A stretch of DNA of 58,303 bases, counting the filler, from Stramenopiles sp. TOSAG23-3 (lineage: Eukaryota), in assembly GCA_900128585.1 (NCBI GenBank). It is 6 parts of 6 records of this genome, joined end to end, with 100 filler letters (N's around TTAATTAATTAA, not from the genome) between each part and the next. Parts side by side here need not be neighbours in the genome. Positions count along the whole stretch, not along the records: positions 17,511 to 34,897 come from LT642450.1; positions 34,998 to 52,349 come from LT642451.1; 4 more parts are not named here. One strand, 5' to 3'. Shown in pieces: positions 31,170-42,839 of this stretch. The notes under the pieces were generated by a model. It was not told the DNA's origin. It made no database searches and was given only the letters and a program-made list of their open reading frames with translations. Within the stretch, counting starts at the first letter, position 1. Every line of letters begins with the position of its first letter. Made by a program: the position numbers and the translations under genes.

Positions 31170-34100
31170 TCACAACTCATCATCTTTAGTTTCCGGAATA
31201 TCTCCCAGTTCTTCTTTGTATTCCCCCTCGTCCTTCGTTTCAACGATCGAAGGTTCAGATGCCGCTTCAGTCGCATTTGTACGTACCGGTGCGTTTGTGA
31301 TACTGCTTTCTGTGGTAGGCGGCTCAACGTCTTGCAGCGATTGTAAACTCGAACCGGACCAGTCAAACGCTAATGTGTACCCGTCGTAATTCAAGTTACT
31401 GGTTATTGTCTTTATCATGTCGGGCCACTTTCGAGACTGGCATTTTTTGATTAGCTTATGCTCGTCTGTTTGTAGCAACGAGCAACTTGTCTGATTGCTT
31501 GTAGATTTGTCGAATCCCTCTATAAATAAACGCCCTATGCGTGGGTCAAACGCGGGAACCTGCACACTCAATTCAATTGCACCCGGCTCTTCCCGGGCGC
31601 TAAATGCTTTTGTCCCTTCAAATAAAACCCAGTTCAGAGAGTAGGCTGCCGATTTCTTTAAAGCCGCCAAGTACACATTGATGCATTCCAATCGGCAAGT
31701 AGTAGAAAGCTCTGCTTTACCCCATATTTTTTGTAGTGACATTTGTACGGCCGCATTGCAGTTTGCAACAGACGGCGATCCATTACCTTTAAAGGAGCAA
31801 ATGATGTTCAATCTTGACAATTCTCTTGAACTTTTCCCAGCATGTTCTATAATACGCACAGAGCTAGATTCTCCGTCAATATTGTAATTTCCTTGCTCCA
31901 GCACAACTGCAGAACAACCTGGCATCAATATAGACGCAGAGTTCTTGTCCAGGTTCCAGGTCAAGCTAAGCCCTGCCGTAATGAGGTCTACCTTGCGCTT
32001 CTCATCCGCACGTGCCCACACTCTCATCCATCCTGGGACAGCGGAATCAATTGCATGAGTGGAAAATGTACCTTCCGAGTCCACAGATAAACTTGCTATT
32101 CGACACTTGATTTTTATTTCATCTTCCCCAAGTTGGTCAACAACCAAAGATGCATCGTGACCTCCCAACACGCGAACATCACCTTCGAATATTCGTTTCG
32201 ATAATTGCACCAAAGGTTTTTCCTGGTCACCATCCTGCTCTGCACTGACATTTCGCGACACATGAATCGCAAAGTCTCGAAATTCTTCTATACTAATTTT
32301 TCCATCGGCTGACGCATCTATAGCTTTGAAGGTTTCTGACCATGTTTTTGGGTTCAGCAGGGGTTGCAGATAGCGGTTCCTCTTTAGCAACAAAGTGATT
32401 TCTTGCCGTTGATTTATCGCTTTCATCATTTCGCTTTTCGTGACGTTGTTGTCGCCATCTCTGTCCAGCATATAGAAGATGGTTTCTGCGATTACTCCCG
32501 CCTCTTCTCCTTGATCGTATTCACCTGACTCTTCTGTGACCTCATCGTCATTTTCGTCAAACTCGGACTCGTTGTCGTCGTCGAAATTGTCAGCACGTTC
32601 CTCCTCTTGGTCGGACAAAACCAGGTTTTGGCTGTCCACCCTGAGACGATTAAAAACTACCCTGCAAAGTCTCCGGCGAGGCATCTTGTTCCAATCTTTT
32701 ACAGCCGTGTCCAATAGACTGGGTTCCAGGGTAAGTTGGTAGCGTACTACATTTTCTCCAACATCACTGCAATACACCAATAATTGTGGTTCAGTCTGGT
32801 CAATGCAGTCGTATATAGCCACGTTTAACATTTCTTTGCTGTCCCCTGTCGGATCGTTCGACGAAAACAGTCTCGTGTCAGCGTAGGTCGCCGTTTCGTC
32901 AGGAAGAATCATCCCAGCATCTAGTTTAATCTTTTCTATCTCCTCCTCCTGTGTTCCTGTTCCCATTAATCGGGCAAACTCTGCTTGAGCATCTGATTCC
33001 TGAATAGAAACGGCAGGCCTCTTCTTCCAACGTTTCCCGGACGGCACGGAGTCTGCCGCACGCTCAGTATCCAGTAGCGTGATTTCCAAGCGCCCCGGGG
33101 TAGATATAATGGCAAGCCTGGACATCAGGGCCTCAACCCTGTCCTCGAATCTGCTCTCATCCTCGACAAGCTCGGGAGTTCTTCGCAGTAATTCGCGCTG
33201 CTGCCTCAGGGAGCACGAAACTTTGAACGTTCCACAAGTCGGGGGATGATACGCCTCAAAATCAAAGTGGGGTGGGTCCTCTCCTTCAAAAACTGATATC
33301 ATCAGATTCACTTTGTTTATCCTTCGTACCTCATAGAATATGGGTTGTGTTTTGCATAACTGCACGGAAAAGGATGGGACTAAACTACTGGCAGCATCAT
33401 GGACCACACTGCCGTTGTTGTCAGCTTTGGCATCTTCGAGCCACACCTCCTTCGCATGCAGTAATAGGTTATCAACACGTTCATGTATGTGAAAAGCCAG
33501 ATCCTCAGGATTTAAATGTTTATCATGGGGGATATCAGCGTCTTCAAAGAGCCCATACAGAGCTAATTCAGATCTCAGGCGAACATGCTCAGTCTTGGCA
33601 TGTTTCTTCAGTGCTTGGATGCGATTGGTTACCCTTCCCATTACCTTCTCTGCTAACTCATACTTCGTAGATAATTCTCGCTGATTAGTCAACTGTTTGC
33701 TTAATTTCTTTTGCTCTGCAATTGATGTCACAAGCAAATCACTCTTTTCTCTCAGCACTTCTCGCAAATACTCAAGGTCCTGGCGAAGTTTTTGGACTCC
33801 GGCAGACCCCTCGTTTACACCTGTTCTATTCTCCGTTTTTTTGCCTCCAGATCGAAAACTTCTCCCCCCTCTCTTCGGTTTGTTCCCTCGATCCTGCCGC
33901 ACGGGACTTTTTGGCTCTTTTGCATTTCTAGGAACAGACGTTGAATTTAAAATTTGGTGAAGTTTTGGATCTTGAAATTCATGTGCGGTTTTCACGGCCT
34001 CTGTGACAGCTTCTTCTAACTCTTGGTTCTTTAGCATCAACATATGCACAGTTTCTTCAGCAAAACTCAAACGCCCAGCCAGCAATTCTGTCTTCGTTTT

Positions 34101-34895
34101 TTCTTCCGTGAGCGAAACTTCTAAATCGCGTACTTTTGTTTCTCGCTGTTCCGTTGCTTTTTGGATCAGCAGATCACGCTCATGCCTATTTGTATTTTTC
34201 CCCCGAACTCCAAACACCGGCGGAAGAGTCATGTTGTCCGGTGTAACCCCGTCGTATTGCTCGCCTTTCAAAATCACAGTCTCCAAGAACTGAAGTTGTT
34301 GCCACAAGTCCTTATTCTCTGCTTTCAACGCTCTCATCGCTTTTTTCCAACTCTCCTTTTCTACCTGCATTTCACCCCGTTCTACTTTGCTCATTTGTTT
34401 TGCTTGCTGAAAATGAGATTCTACTTCTATTTCCATTTTGTGTGTTGCGGCCTGTAGCGCAGATGCCTCTGCTTCCGTTTTCTGCAAATTCCTTTCGAGT
34501 TCAACATTCTTTTTTCGAGCGTCTTCAAGCTCTCTCGTTAAGTAGCTCATTTTCGAATCGTGGTTTGCACGCATCTCTTCCATTTTTTTGTCTGCGGTCG
34601 ACATAATCTCTTCCCGTTTTTCGTCAGCAATTACTTGGCTTGACATTGCGTTGGCCCTTTCAATCTTCAGTACAAGAAACTCCTTTTCCATCAGTCGCAA
34701 TTCGTTTCCAGCTTCCTCGTATGCGGCCGAAACTTTCTCCGCCTTTCTTTTCCACTTTGATATCAACTTTTCCTTCGCTTTCAGGTTCATGGAGGCATTC
34801 CGCCCTTTCCTGCGCGCTTCCCTTTCATTATCTATCAATTCATCGACTTCTTCGTTTAGTTTCTTGTTCTTAATAATGAGCTTATTATTTTCTGC
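31170..34895 (-). CDS. Large coiled-coil protein with an EF-hand pair (5' truncated at spacer)
   Basis: Frame open to the contig edge; N-terminal coiled coil; EF loops DRDGDNNVTKSE and DASADGKISIEE. Confidence 0.8.
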   Translation of the reverse strand, partial: AENNKLIIKNKKLNEEVDELIDNEREARRKGRNASMNLKAKEKLISKWKRKAEKVSAAYEEAGNELRLMEKEFLVLKIERANAMSSQVIADEKREEIMSTADKKMEEMRANHDSKMSYLTRELEDARKKNVELERNLQKTEAEASALQAATHKMEIEVESHFQQAKQMSKVERGEMQVEKESWKKAMRALKAENKDLWQQLQFLETVILKGEQYDGVTPDNMTLPPVFGVRGKNTNRHERDLLIQKATEQRETKVRDLEVSLTEEKTKTELLAGRLSFAEETVHMLMLKNQELEEAVTEAVKTAHEFQDPKLHQILNSTSVPRNAKEPKSPVRQDRGNKPKRGGRSFRSGGKKTENRTGVNEGSAGVQKLRQDLEYLREVLREKSDLLVTSIAEQKKLSKQLTNQRELSTKYELAEKVMGRVTNRIQALKKHAKTEHVRLRSELALYGLFEDADIPHDKHLNPEDLAFHIHERVDNLLLHAKEVWLEDAKADNNGSVVHDAASSLVPSFSVQLCKTQPIFYEVRRINKVNLMISVFEGEDPPHFDFEAYHPPTCGTFKVSCSLRQQRELLRRTPELVEDESRFEDRVEALMSRLAIISTPGRLEITLLDTERAADSVPSGKRWKKRPAVSIQESDAQAEFARLMGTGTQEEEIEKIKLDAGMILPDETATYADTRLFSSNDPTGDSKEMLNVAIYDCIDQTEPQLLVYCSDVGENVVRYQLTLEPSLLDTAVKDWNKMPRRRLCRVVFNRLRVDSQNLVLSDQEEERADNFDDDNESEFDENDDEVTEESGEYDQGEEAGVIAETIFYMLDRDGDNNVTKSEMMKAINQRQEITLLLKRNRYLQPLLNPKTWSETFKAIDASADGKISIEEFRDFAIHVSRNVSAEQDGDQEKPLVQLSKRIFEGDVRVLGGHDASLVVDQLGEDEIKIKCRIASLSVDSEGTFSTHAIDSAVPGWMRVWARADEKRKVDLITAGLSLTWNLDKNSASILMPGCSAVVLEQGNYNIDGESSSVRIIEHAGKSSRELSRLNIICSFKGNGSPSVANCNAAVQMSLQKIWGKAELSTTCRLECINVYLAALKKSAAYSLNWVLFEGTKAFSAREEPGAIELSVQVPAFDPRIGRLFIEGFDKSTSNQTSCSLLQTDEHKLIKKCQSRKWPDMIKTITSNLNYDGYTLAFDWSGSSLQSLQDVEPPTTESSITNAPVRTNATEAASEPSIVETKDEGEYKEELGDIPETKDDEL

Positions 34896-34897
34896 TT

Positions 34898-34997
34898 NNN
34901 NNNNNNNNNNNNNNNNNNNNNNNNNNNNNNNNNNNNNNNNNTTAATTAATTAANNNNNNNNNNNNNNNNNNNNNNNNNNNNNNNNNNNNNNNNNNNN
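34898..34997. other. Artificial contig-joining spacer
   Basis: N-TTAATTAATTAA-N, 100 nt. Confidence 0.97.
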
Positions 34998-37900
34998 GTA
35001 GAGCAAGCATACGACAACCCCCATGACGCACTTGCCAGAATAAAACGTCATCTCTTGACCCAGCGCGCGTTCAAGGAGGTGAGCATTGAGTTCATGGACC
35101 TTTACACACATATGGTACCGGTGTACTCGGTCGAGCCGCTAGAAAAGATTACGGACCTGTATTTAGACCAGTACCTGTGGTATGAAGCAGACAAACGGCA
35201 TCTGTTTCCAAATTGGGTAAAGCCGGCCGACTCCGAGCCTCCCCCAATGCTGGTTTACAAATGGTGCCAGGCCGTGAACAATACATCGGACATTTGGAAC
35301 ACGGAAGATCGGGGGTGTGCAGTCATGGTTGAGACGACGTACGAAAAAATGTGCGAAAAAATCGATTTTACACTGCTCAACAGCCTGTTGCGCTTGGTGG
35401 TCGATCACAACATTGCCGATTACATGACGGCAAAGAACAACGTAGTCCTGAATTTCAAAGATATGAACCATACGAACTCTTACGGTTTGATTCGCGGGTT
35501 GCAGTTTGCTTCCTTCTTGACGCAGTACTACGGGTTGGTACTGGACCTTCTGCTGTTGGGTCTTAATCGCGCCACGGACATCGCTGGCCCCCCAAATATA
35601 CCAAATGAGTTTGGGAATTTCGAAAGCGAGGAAGTTGAAAAGCGTCACCCGATTCGTCTGTTCTCACGCTACGTAGATCGCGTATTTATTTTGTTTCGGT
35701 TTGACAACGACCAGTCAAAAGATCTTGTCCAAAGATTTTTGACCGAGTGCCCAGACCCTAACAACGAAAATGTCATCGGGTACCCCACCAAAAAATGTTG
35801 GCCCCGTGATCAGCGGATGCGATTAATGAGACACGACGTAAATCTCGGGAGAGCAGCCTTTTGGAACGTAAAGAATAGGCTGCCGCGATCCATGACCACA
35901 GTAGCCTGGGAGGACTCGTTCGTCTCAGTGTACAGCAAAGACAACCCAAACATTCTCTTTTCCATGTGCAACTTTGAAGTTCGTATATTCCCAAAGTGTC
36001 GTGCCCCGGCGGGCTCCAAATTTGCGCATCGAGACGGAGTGTGGAACATGCAGAATGAAGCGACAAAGGAATTGACGTCCCAGGTGTACTTGCGAGTTAG
36101 TCAAAGTGGCATGGACGCATTCAACAACCGAATTCGACAAATTCTTTTGTCCTCTGGAAGCACTACTTTCACGAAAGTGGCAAACAAGTGGAACACAGCG
36201 TGCATCAGTTTGATTACCTATTATCGTGAGGCCGTCGTGAACACCCCTGAACTTTTGGACATCTTGGTGAAAAACGAGAATAAAATTCAAACTCGCATAA
36301 AAGTGGGCCTCAACAGTAAAATGCCGACGAGGTTTCCCCCCGTCGTCTTTTATTGCCCCAAAGAGCTTGGTGGGCTGGGGATGGTCAGCATGGGCCATAT
36401 CTTGATCCCCCAAAGTGATTTACGGTATGCCTCACAGACAGATGCTGGTGGTGTAAGCCATTTTCGGTCTGGGATGAGTCACGATGCGGAGCAGTTTATT
36501 CCAAATCTTTACCGCTACATTCAGCCGTGGGAAAGCGAGTTTATTGACTCGCAGCGCGTATGGGCGGAGTACGCATTGAAGCGACAAGAGGCCAGTTCTC
36601 AAAACCGTCGCCTCACCCTCGAAGATTTAGAAGACTCGTGGGACAGAGGTGTTCCTCGAATCAATACGTTGTTCCAGAAAGACAGGCACACTCTTGCGTA
36701 CGACAAGGGCTGGAGAGTACGAACGCACTTTCAGCAGTACCGAGAGTGTCGAACAAACCCTTTCTGGTGGACCCACACACGGCACGACGGGAAATTGTGG
36801 AATTTGAACAATTACCGGACTGATATGATCCAAGCGCTGGGTGGAGTCGAAGGTATCCTTGAGCATACGCTGTTCAAGGGAACGTACTTTCCGACTTGGG
36901 AAGGTTTGTTTTGGGAAAAGGCCAGTGGGTTCGAGGAGAGCATGAAATTCAAAAAGTTGACAAATGCACAAAGATCTGGTTTAAGCCAAATCCCGAACCG
37001 TCGATTCACGCTGTGGTGGTCCCCGACGATTAACCGTGCCAACGTTTATGTGGGGTTTCAAGTGCAACTTGATTTGACGGGAATATTTATGCACGGGAAA
37101 ATTCCTACTTTGAAAATTTCGTTGATCCAGATCTTCCGCGCGCATTTGTGGCAAAAGATACACGAGGCGGTTGTTATGGACTTATGCCAAGTTTTAGACC
37201 AAGAACTTGATTCTTTGGAAATTGAAAATGTTCAAAAAGAAACTATTCACCCCAGAAAAAGTTACAAGATGAATAGTTCTACCGCAGACATCTTGCTCTT
37301 TTCAACCTACAAATGGAAGGTATCGAAGCCGTCCTTGCTGCACGACGGTCGCGATACGTTCGAGAGTACCACGTCCAGTCGCTACTGGCTGGACATCCAG
37401 CTGCGGTGGGGAGATTTTGACTCGCACGATATTGAGCGGTACGCCAGATCCAAGTTTTTGGATTACACGACCGACAACGTGTCCATGTACCCGTCCCCTA
37501 CTGGCGCAGTAATTGCTATCGATTTGGCCTACAACTTGTACAGTGGCTACGGCAACTGGATTCCGGGCATGAAGCCGCTTCTGCAGCAAGCCATGGCAAA
37601 GATTATGAAATCAAACCCCGCCTTGTATGTCTTGCGCGAGCGGATCCGCAAAGGGTTGCAGTTGTACAGTAGTGAGCCAACCGAGCCGTACTTGTCCTCT
37701 CAGAACTACAACGAGTTGTTCAGCGACCAAACGATATGGTTCGTAGACGACTCTAATGTGTACCGCGTCACCATTCACAAAACCTACGATGGAAATATTC
37801 AAACAAAGCCCGTCAATGGGGCTATTTTCATATTCAACCCTAGAAGTGGGCAAATGTTCTTGAAGGTGGTTCATACTTCGACATGGCAGGGGCAAAAACG

Positions 37901-39440
37901 TCTCAGCCAGCTAGCGAAGTGGAAAACAGCAGAGGAAGTAGCTGTTTTGTTGCGCTCCCTCCCCATCGAAGAGCAGCCCAAGCAGATTATTGTGACGCGC
38001 AAAAACATGATGGACCCTATGGAAGCGCAGTTGATAGATTTTCCAAACATTATCATCAAAGGTAGCGATCTGCAACTACCATTCCAGGCCGCATTGCGAG
38101 TAGAAAAATTTGGAGACCTGATAATGAAGGCCACTGAACCACGAATGCTTTTGTTCAATATTTACGATGACTGGTTAAAAACGGTATCGTCGTTTACCGC
38201 GTTCTCTCGGCTAATTCTGCTGCTACGAGCGATCAAAATCGACGTTGATAGGGCGAAGATGATCGTTAAGCCCGACATTGAAACTGTGACCGAGCCTCAT
38301 CACGTCTGGCCGACGTTCACAGATGAAGAATGGGTCACGGTTGAATGCGCGTTGAAGGATTTAATACTTGAAGATTATGGGGCGAAGAACAATGTAAGTG
38401 TCGCGGCACTGACCGATTCTGAAATTCGTGATATTATTTTGGGTATGGAAATCTCTGCCCCGTCACAGCAAAGGCAGGAAATGGCAGAAATCGAGAAATC
38501 TGCTCGAGAGCAAAGCCATATGACGGCTACAACAGTGAAGAGCGTGAACAAGCACGGGGAAGAGGTAATAGTGACGACTGAGACTGCCTATGAGCAGGAA
38601 ACTTTCTCATCAAAAACAGATTGGCGCACCAGAGCCGTGTCTGCGTCGACCTTGCACCTTCGCACTCAAAATATTTATGTTTCAAGCGATGAGATCAATG
38701 ACGATGGTTTCACGTACATTATGCCCAAGAATCTGCTGAAAAAATTTATTTGTATCGCAGATTTGCGAACTCAAATTAGTGGATTTTTGTACGGAGTGAC
38801 CCCAAAAGATGGGGATGACACTGTGAAGGAAATTCGATGCATTGCCATGATCCCGCAACTGGGAACCCACAAGAGCGTCACCATGCCGAAAATGTTCCCT
38901 GTCCACGATTCCATCGAAAACTTAGAACCTCTTGGATGGATACATACTCAGCCGCAAGAAATTAAGCACTTGTCTCCGTACGATGCCGTCAAGCACGCTA
39001 AGATGACCGTGGACAGCGGTGGAAAATGGGACGGTGACAAAGAGGTCGTGATGTCCTGCGCTTTTACCCCAGGTTCATGTTCACTGGCGGCGTACCGTTT
39101 GAACGAAGCTGGCCACGAGTGGAGTTTGCAGAACGACAGCAAAGCACCAAACCCGCCAGGGTACAATAGCAGTTTGTTCGATCGGTCTCAATTAATTTTA
39201 AGCGACCGGTTCGATGGCTTCTTCTTGACACCAATGTTTGGCGGGTGGAATTACAACTTTCGTGGCGTCGAAATGAGCGTATCGATGCAGTACGATCTTG
39301 TGCGAGGCATTCCAGAATTCTTCTACGACGAGGTCCATCGACCAAATCACTTCCTAAACTTCGCACACAGCGACCTCCAAAACGAAGAGGATGAAGAAGA
39401 GGAGTTTGGAACGGACTACTACAGTAACAATATCAATTAA
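34998..39440 (+). CDS. PRPF8: Pre-mRNA splicing factor PRP8 (5' truncated)
   Basis: Frame open from the contig edge ([26 protein letters not shown]); RT-like, endonuclease-like, RNaseH-like ([12 protein letters not shown]) and Jab1/MPN (LGWIHTQP) regions. Confidence 0.98.
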   Translation, partial: VEQAYDNPHDALARIKRHLLTQRAFKEVSIEFMDLYTHMVPVYSVEPLEKITDLYLDQYLWYEADKRHLFPNWVKPADSEPPPMLVYKWCQAVNNTSDIWNTEDRGCAVMVETTYEKMCEKIDFTLLNSLLRLVVDHNIADYMTAKNNVVLNFKDMNHTNSYGLIRGLQFASFLTQYYGLVLDLLLLGLNRATDIAGPPNIPNEFGNFESEEVEKRHPIRLFSRYVDRVFILFRFDNDQSKDLVQRFLTECPDPNNENVIGYPTKKCWPRDQRMRLMRHDVNLGRAAFWNVKNRLPRSMTTVAWEDSFVSVYSKDNPNILFSMCNFEVRIFPKCRAPAGSKFAHRDGVWNMQNEATKELTSQVYLRVSQSGMDAFNNRIRQILLSSGSTTFTKVANKWNTACISLITYYREAVVNTPELLDILVKNENKIQTRIKVGLNSKMPTRFPPVVFYCPKELGGLGMVSMGHILIPQSDLRYASQTDAGGVSHFRSGMSHDAEQFIPNLYRYIQPWESEFIDSQRVWAEYALKRQEASSQNRRLTLEDLEDSWDRGVPRINTLFQKDRHTLAYDKGWRVRTHFQQYRECRTNPFWWTHTRHDGKLWNLNNYRTDMIQALGGVEGILEHTLFKGTYFPTWEGLFWEKASGFEESMKFKKLTNAQRSGLSQIPNRRFTLWWSPTINRANVYVGFQVQLDLTGIFMHGKIPTLKISLIQIFRAHLWQKIHEAVVMDLCQVLDQELDSLEIENVQKETIHPRKSYKMNSSTADILLFSTYKWKVSKPSLLHDGRDTFESTTSSRYWLDIQLRWGDFDSHDIERYARSKFLDYTTDNVSMYPSPTGAVIAIDLAYNLYSGYGNWIPGMKPLLQQAMAKIMKSNPALYVLRERIRKGLQLYSSEPTEPYLSSQNYNELFSDQTIWFVDDSNVYRVTIHKTYDGNIQTKPVNGAIFIFNPRSGQMFLKVVHTSTWQGQKRLSQLAKWKTAEEVAVLLRSLPIEEQPKQIIVTRKNMMDPMEAQLIDFPNIIIKGSDLQLPFQAALRVEKFGDLIMKATEPRMLLFNIYDDWLKTVSSFTAFSRLILLLRAIKIDVDRAKMIVKPDIETVTEPHHVWPTFTDEEWVTVECALKDLILEDYGAKNNVSVAALTDSEIRDIILGMEISAPSQQRQEMAEIEKSAREQSHMTATTVKSVNKHGEEVIVTTETAYEQETFSSKTDWRTRAVSASTLHLRTQNIYVSSDEINDDGFTYIMPKNLLKKFICIADLRTQISGFLYGVTPKDGDDTVKEIRCIAMIPQLGTHKSVTMPKMFPVHDSIENLEPLGWIHTQPQEIKHLSPYDAVKHAKMTVDSGGKWDGDKEVVMSCAFTPGSCSLAAYRLNEAGHEWSLQNDSKAPNPPGYNSSLFDRSQLILSDRFDGFFLTPMFGGWNYNFRGVEMSVSMQYDLVRGIPEFFYDEVHRPNHFLNFAHSDLQNEEDEEEEFGTDYYSNNIN

Positions 39441-39451
39441 ATTCTATTTTT

Positions 39452-39903
39452 AAACTCAAGAAATTTGGCTGTTATTTAAGTAATTAATTTTAAAAACAAG
39501 AAAATTGGCTGTTATTTAAGTATGATAATTAAATTTAGTAATTAATTTAATTCTTAAATTGATATTAAACAAGAAAAATTGGCTGTTATTTAAATTATAT
39601 ATCTTATGTTAGTGATATTTAAGTAATTAATTCTTTTTTAAGAAAACTCTTAAATTCTTATTATTTCGTACTTAATTCTTACTTACAATTATAAAAACAA
39701 GAAAATTGGCTGTTATTTAAGCAATTATATGTTTTAATATTGATTATGTGCCATACTCAAATCACAACAGTTGAGATCAGTTCGCAGTAGTACATGAAGG
39801 AATGTAAACCTCTAATGGACAAAAGCTGAGTAGATTCATTTTCGCGGTATACGAGGAAGCTAAATTTTAATTACACTCTAAATAACAGCCATTTTTTGTT
39901 TTT
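39452..39903. repeat. Cluster of 3'-associated elements between convergent genes
   Basis: Four + A boxes (39452, 39492, 39567, 39693); - B box 39774-39789; degenerate full - copy 39832-39903. Confidence 0.9.
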
Positions 39904-39934
39904 AATGTTCTTAAACGTTCATCTAAAATTTACC

Positions 39935-41764
39935 TCATCGCCCTTTCAGTTGCAACAGCACCACCCTCTTCAACTCGTCGAACTCCTGCTGATCAATTAG
40001 CCCTTCGTCCAGGAGCTCTTTTGCCTTTCTTAATCGATCAAGGGGTGCCTCGGGCGTGCTTGCTACGGGCGCACTTGCGGCGGGCGGTTTTGCAAATGGG
40101 TTGTTGCCCACAGGGGCGGGTGGGCCTTGCGCAAATTCCGAAGGACCCGTACCACCGACAAGACCGGGGACAGGAGCCGGAGGAGGGACCACTGGGGCGG
40201 CCGGCGGCGGGAGGGCGGACCCACTGTCAGCTAGATCAAGCAGCGGGGACTCGTTCACAGCTGGCGGCGAGGGCGGCTTCTGGCCCAAAATTGGATTCAC
40301 AGTAAAGGTAGAATTAGGGTCCCCTTTTACGTTCATACCGTTGAACAAATCCACGCCGCCGTCCGTCGGGGCTTGGTCGCTGCCGTTCGGCCCATCGAGG
40401 CTCATGGCCGCCATCTGGCTGGCACTTTCTGGGGCTTCGTTGATTACCGCCGCCGGCGACGCCTCGAGTTGGGCCTGGGGGTCGATGGGCATTTGATCCT
40501 GCGGGATACGGCTCGTGCTGGAGATTCGGCGCCTTTGGGCAATTTCCTGGGCCATGATCTCTTCTCTCATTTCCGGGGGAAGGGCATCGTAAAATGCCTT
40601 TTTTTCTTCAGCCGACATGGTGTCTTCTGGCTCGGTTTGAACGTTCTGCTGCTGCTGCGTTTGCATCAGCTGCTGCCTCTGCGCCCGTTCCTGGGCAAGA
40701 ATTTCATTGCGCATGTCTTCCGGCAACGATTTAAGAAACTCGTCACGTTCGTTCGAGTTCATTTGGGGGGTGATGTTTTCGGCCCGCATCTGCGGCTTCG
40801 AGGACGGCACCTCTACGCTAAACTCAATGGTGTCTCCTGGTTTTGCCCCCATCGGCACCATCACCTGAATGTGGTTCGGCACCCCTGGGATCTGCACCGT
40901 TATCTTCTTGCCCCCGACGCCGTGTGGCGGCACCACGAGCTGGACCGTTTTTTTCTCCCTCCCTCCAGCTGCCATCGCCACCCAAAACTCTATTGATTGG
41001 CCCGGGGTTGCACCAGGCGGAACATTTACCGGGACCATCCCAAACCCTGGCACCGAGACGTGCAAAACTTGCCCTGGCCTCGCGCCCTCGGGTACCGGCA
41101 CCACGACGCGCTTTCGGTCTTGCTGCTGCTGCTGCTGCTGCGCCATTGGCTGGGCCGGGGTTCGCGCGGACTGTTGCGCCTGGTACTGTGCCGCATAGGC
41201 CTCTTCTTGCGCCTGAAGTTGCATGGCTAATCGCAAGCTTTCTTCTTCCTCTTTTTTCCGTTGTGCATATCCCGCAATCGCACGGTCTTCCTCCTCGCGC
41301 ATCTGCTGCATGAACTGTTCATTGTTCCGCCGCTGGCGTTCCAGCACGTCGTTGTTCATTTTCCGCTTTTCGGCCGAAGATTTTGCTGGGTGCGACGTCA
41401 TTTCTACTGCCCCCAACGAACCCCCAGTGAACGACGTCCTGCCGCCGCCCCCCACAAATGGTTTGGAAGAGTCATCGTCAAGGTCCTCGTAGCCTTCGCT
41501 TGGAAGGCGAGAGTACATGTCGTGTGCGCCGCCAGTGTCTTTCGAGGGGACTGCACGGCTTGCGAAGGGGTTACTGATGCTGCCTAGACTAAACGTTTTC
41601 CCGGAGGAGCGTTTTTTCCCGCCTGGCTGAACGTACGACGCGCTTACCGTAGGACTGTCCAAAAGGGGGGAAACAATCGCGCCTTCTTGCTTGCTACTTC
41701 CGCCGAAAAGGCTCCAACTACTACGTTTTTTTTTCCCAGTCTCCCCACCACCGTTCAGGCTCAT
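39935..41764 (-). CDS. Protein with UIM-like, VPxGxxPG beta repeats, two UBM-like motifs, Pro-rich region and C-terminal SHOCT domain
   Basis: EEEESLRLAMQLQAQE; VPEGARPGQ/VPPGATPGQ/VPMGAKPGD; FLKSLPEDMRNEILAQ and FYDALPPEMREEIMAQ; LRKAKELLDEGLIDQQEFDELK. Confidence 0.7.
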   Translation of the reverse strand: MSLNGGGETGKKKRSSWSLFGGSSKQEGAIVSPLLDSPTVSASYVQPGGKKRSSGKTFSLGSISNPFASRAVPSKDTGGAHDMYSRLPSEGYEDLDDDSSKPFVGGGGRTSFTGGSLGAVEMTSHPAKSSAEKRKMNNDVLERQRRNNEQFMQQMREEEDRAIAGYAQRKKEEEESLRLAMQLQAQEEAYAAQYQAQQSARTPAQPMAQQQQQQQDRKRVVVPVPEGARPGQVLHVSVPGFGMVPVNVPPGATPGQSIEFWVAMAAGGREKKTVQLVVPPHGVGGKKITVQIPGVPNHIQVMVPMGAKPGDTIEFSVEVPSSKPQMRAENITPQMNSNERDEFLKSLPEDMRNEILAQERAQRQQLMQTQQQQNVQTEPEDTMSAEEKKAFYDALPPEMREEIMAQEIAQRRRISSTSRIPQDQMPIDPQAQLEASPAAVINEAPESASQMAAMSLDGPNGSDQAPTDGGVDLFNGMNVKGDPNSTFTVNPILGQKPPSPPAVNESPLLDLADSGSALPPPAAPVVPPPAPVPGLVGGTGPSEFAQGPPAPVGNNPFAKPPAASAPVASTPEAPLDRLRKAKELLDEGLIDQQEFDELKRVVLLQLKGR

Positions 41765-42295
41765 GTTCAACAGCGAAGAAGAAGAATGTAATAATAATAT
41801 CGTCGTGAAACCCTAGTAGTATGGTGATTTCAAGGGCAACTTTTGGGAATGAAAGGAGATAAGATTGAATCTTTGTACATGCCCTATTGTTTGTCGTCTG
41901 TTTTGTTTCTACTGTTTAATTTATCATACTGTTAAAATTGAAAACAACTTCCTTATAATATATTTATTAGTACACGTCCGAACTCCTAACGTAAGTAGTA
42001 AACACACAATCAAAACAAACAAACAAAAAATCATCTTCTTCTTTCTTTTTTTCTTCTCTCTTATTTTATCTTTCTTCTCTTTCAAAATTGGATTTCCGAT
42101 TATGATGCTGTGTAATGTAGAACGACGACTAATAATTTTAATGTCAGAGGAGGGACAACACATCAGGGGGGATGAATGATAGATACAAAAAAAAGATAAA
42201 AGAAGAACAATATAATATATATGAAGACAGCAAGGTAATAATTAAATATTACAATAAAGAATAGTTCTCATTCCTTCCTTCCTTCCTTTTTTCTT

Positions 42296-42363
42296 TTTTC
42301 TTCTTTCTTCTTTCTTCTTTCTTCTTTCTTCTTTCTTCTTTCTTCTTTCTTCTTTCTTCTTTC
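42296..42363. repeat. (TTCTTTC)n tandem repeat
   Basis: Directly visible. Confidence 0.9.
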
Positions 42364-42519
42364 TACAACCAAATTCTTTTTTTTCTATTCGTATGATATA
42401 CTCATACACTAGTCCTACGTAGTAGTAGTCCTATTAATAATATCTAAATTTTTTATATTTATCTACGAAAAATAAAATAAAACGGACGTATACGACGTGT
42501 ATACGCCGAGAGAGCACCC

Positions 42520-42521
42520 TC

Positions 42522-42570
<49 letters not shown>
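42520..42570. repeat. (CT)n microsatellite
   Basis: Directly visible. Confidence 0.9.
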
Positions 42571-42789
42571 ACTGCATATTAAAAAAAACAAATTATATTA
42601 ATAATATAGAATACCCAAGTGATTCCTCCTTTTGGTAAAATTCATTTTTGAAAAATTCAGACTTGTACGTGGTACGAAAAAACTCTCCTTGTTTATTTTC
42701 ATATCTTTTAATTTCTTATTATTTTCTCTTTAAATTCGTAACAATGCAGCTCCCAGTGTGAAATGATACTCTTTTATTTAATTTTTAAA

Positions 42790-42813
42790 TTAAACACAGC
42801 CAGTTTTTTGTTT
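42790..42813 (-). repeat. Degenerate 3'-associated element A box after the MFS gene
   Basis: Minus strand AAACAAAAAACTGGCTGTGTTTAA, about 26 nt after the stop codon. Confidence 0.7.
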
Positions 42814-42839
42814 CTTCAGAACTCCAAACTCTTACTGTA

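Noticed and set aside
36900-36945. PRP8 intein insertion site ([10 protein letters not shown])
   Set aside because: The site is uninterrupted; no intein is present
39452-39720. Repeated A boxes as a CRISPR array
   Set aside because: Irregular spacing, AT-rich non-unique spacers, eukaryotic context and no cas genes
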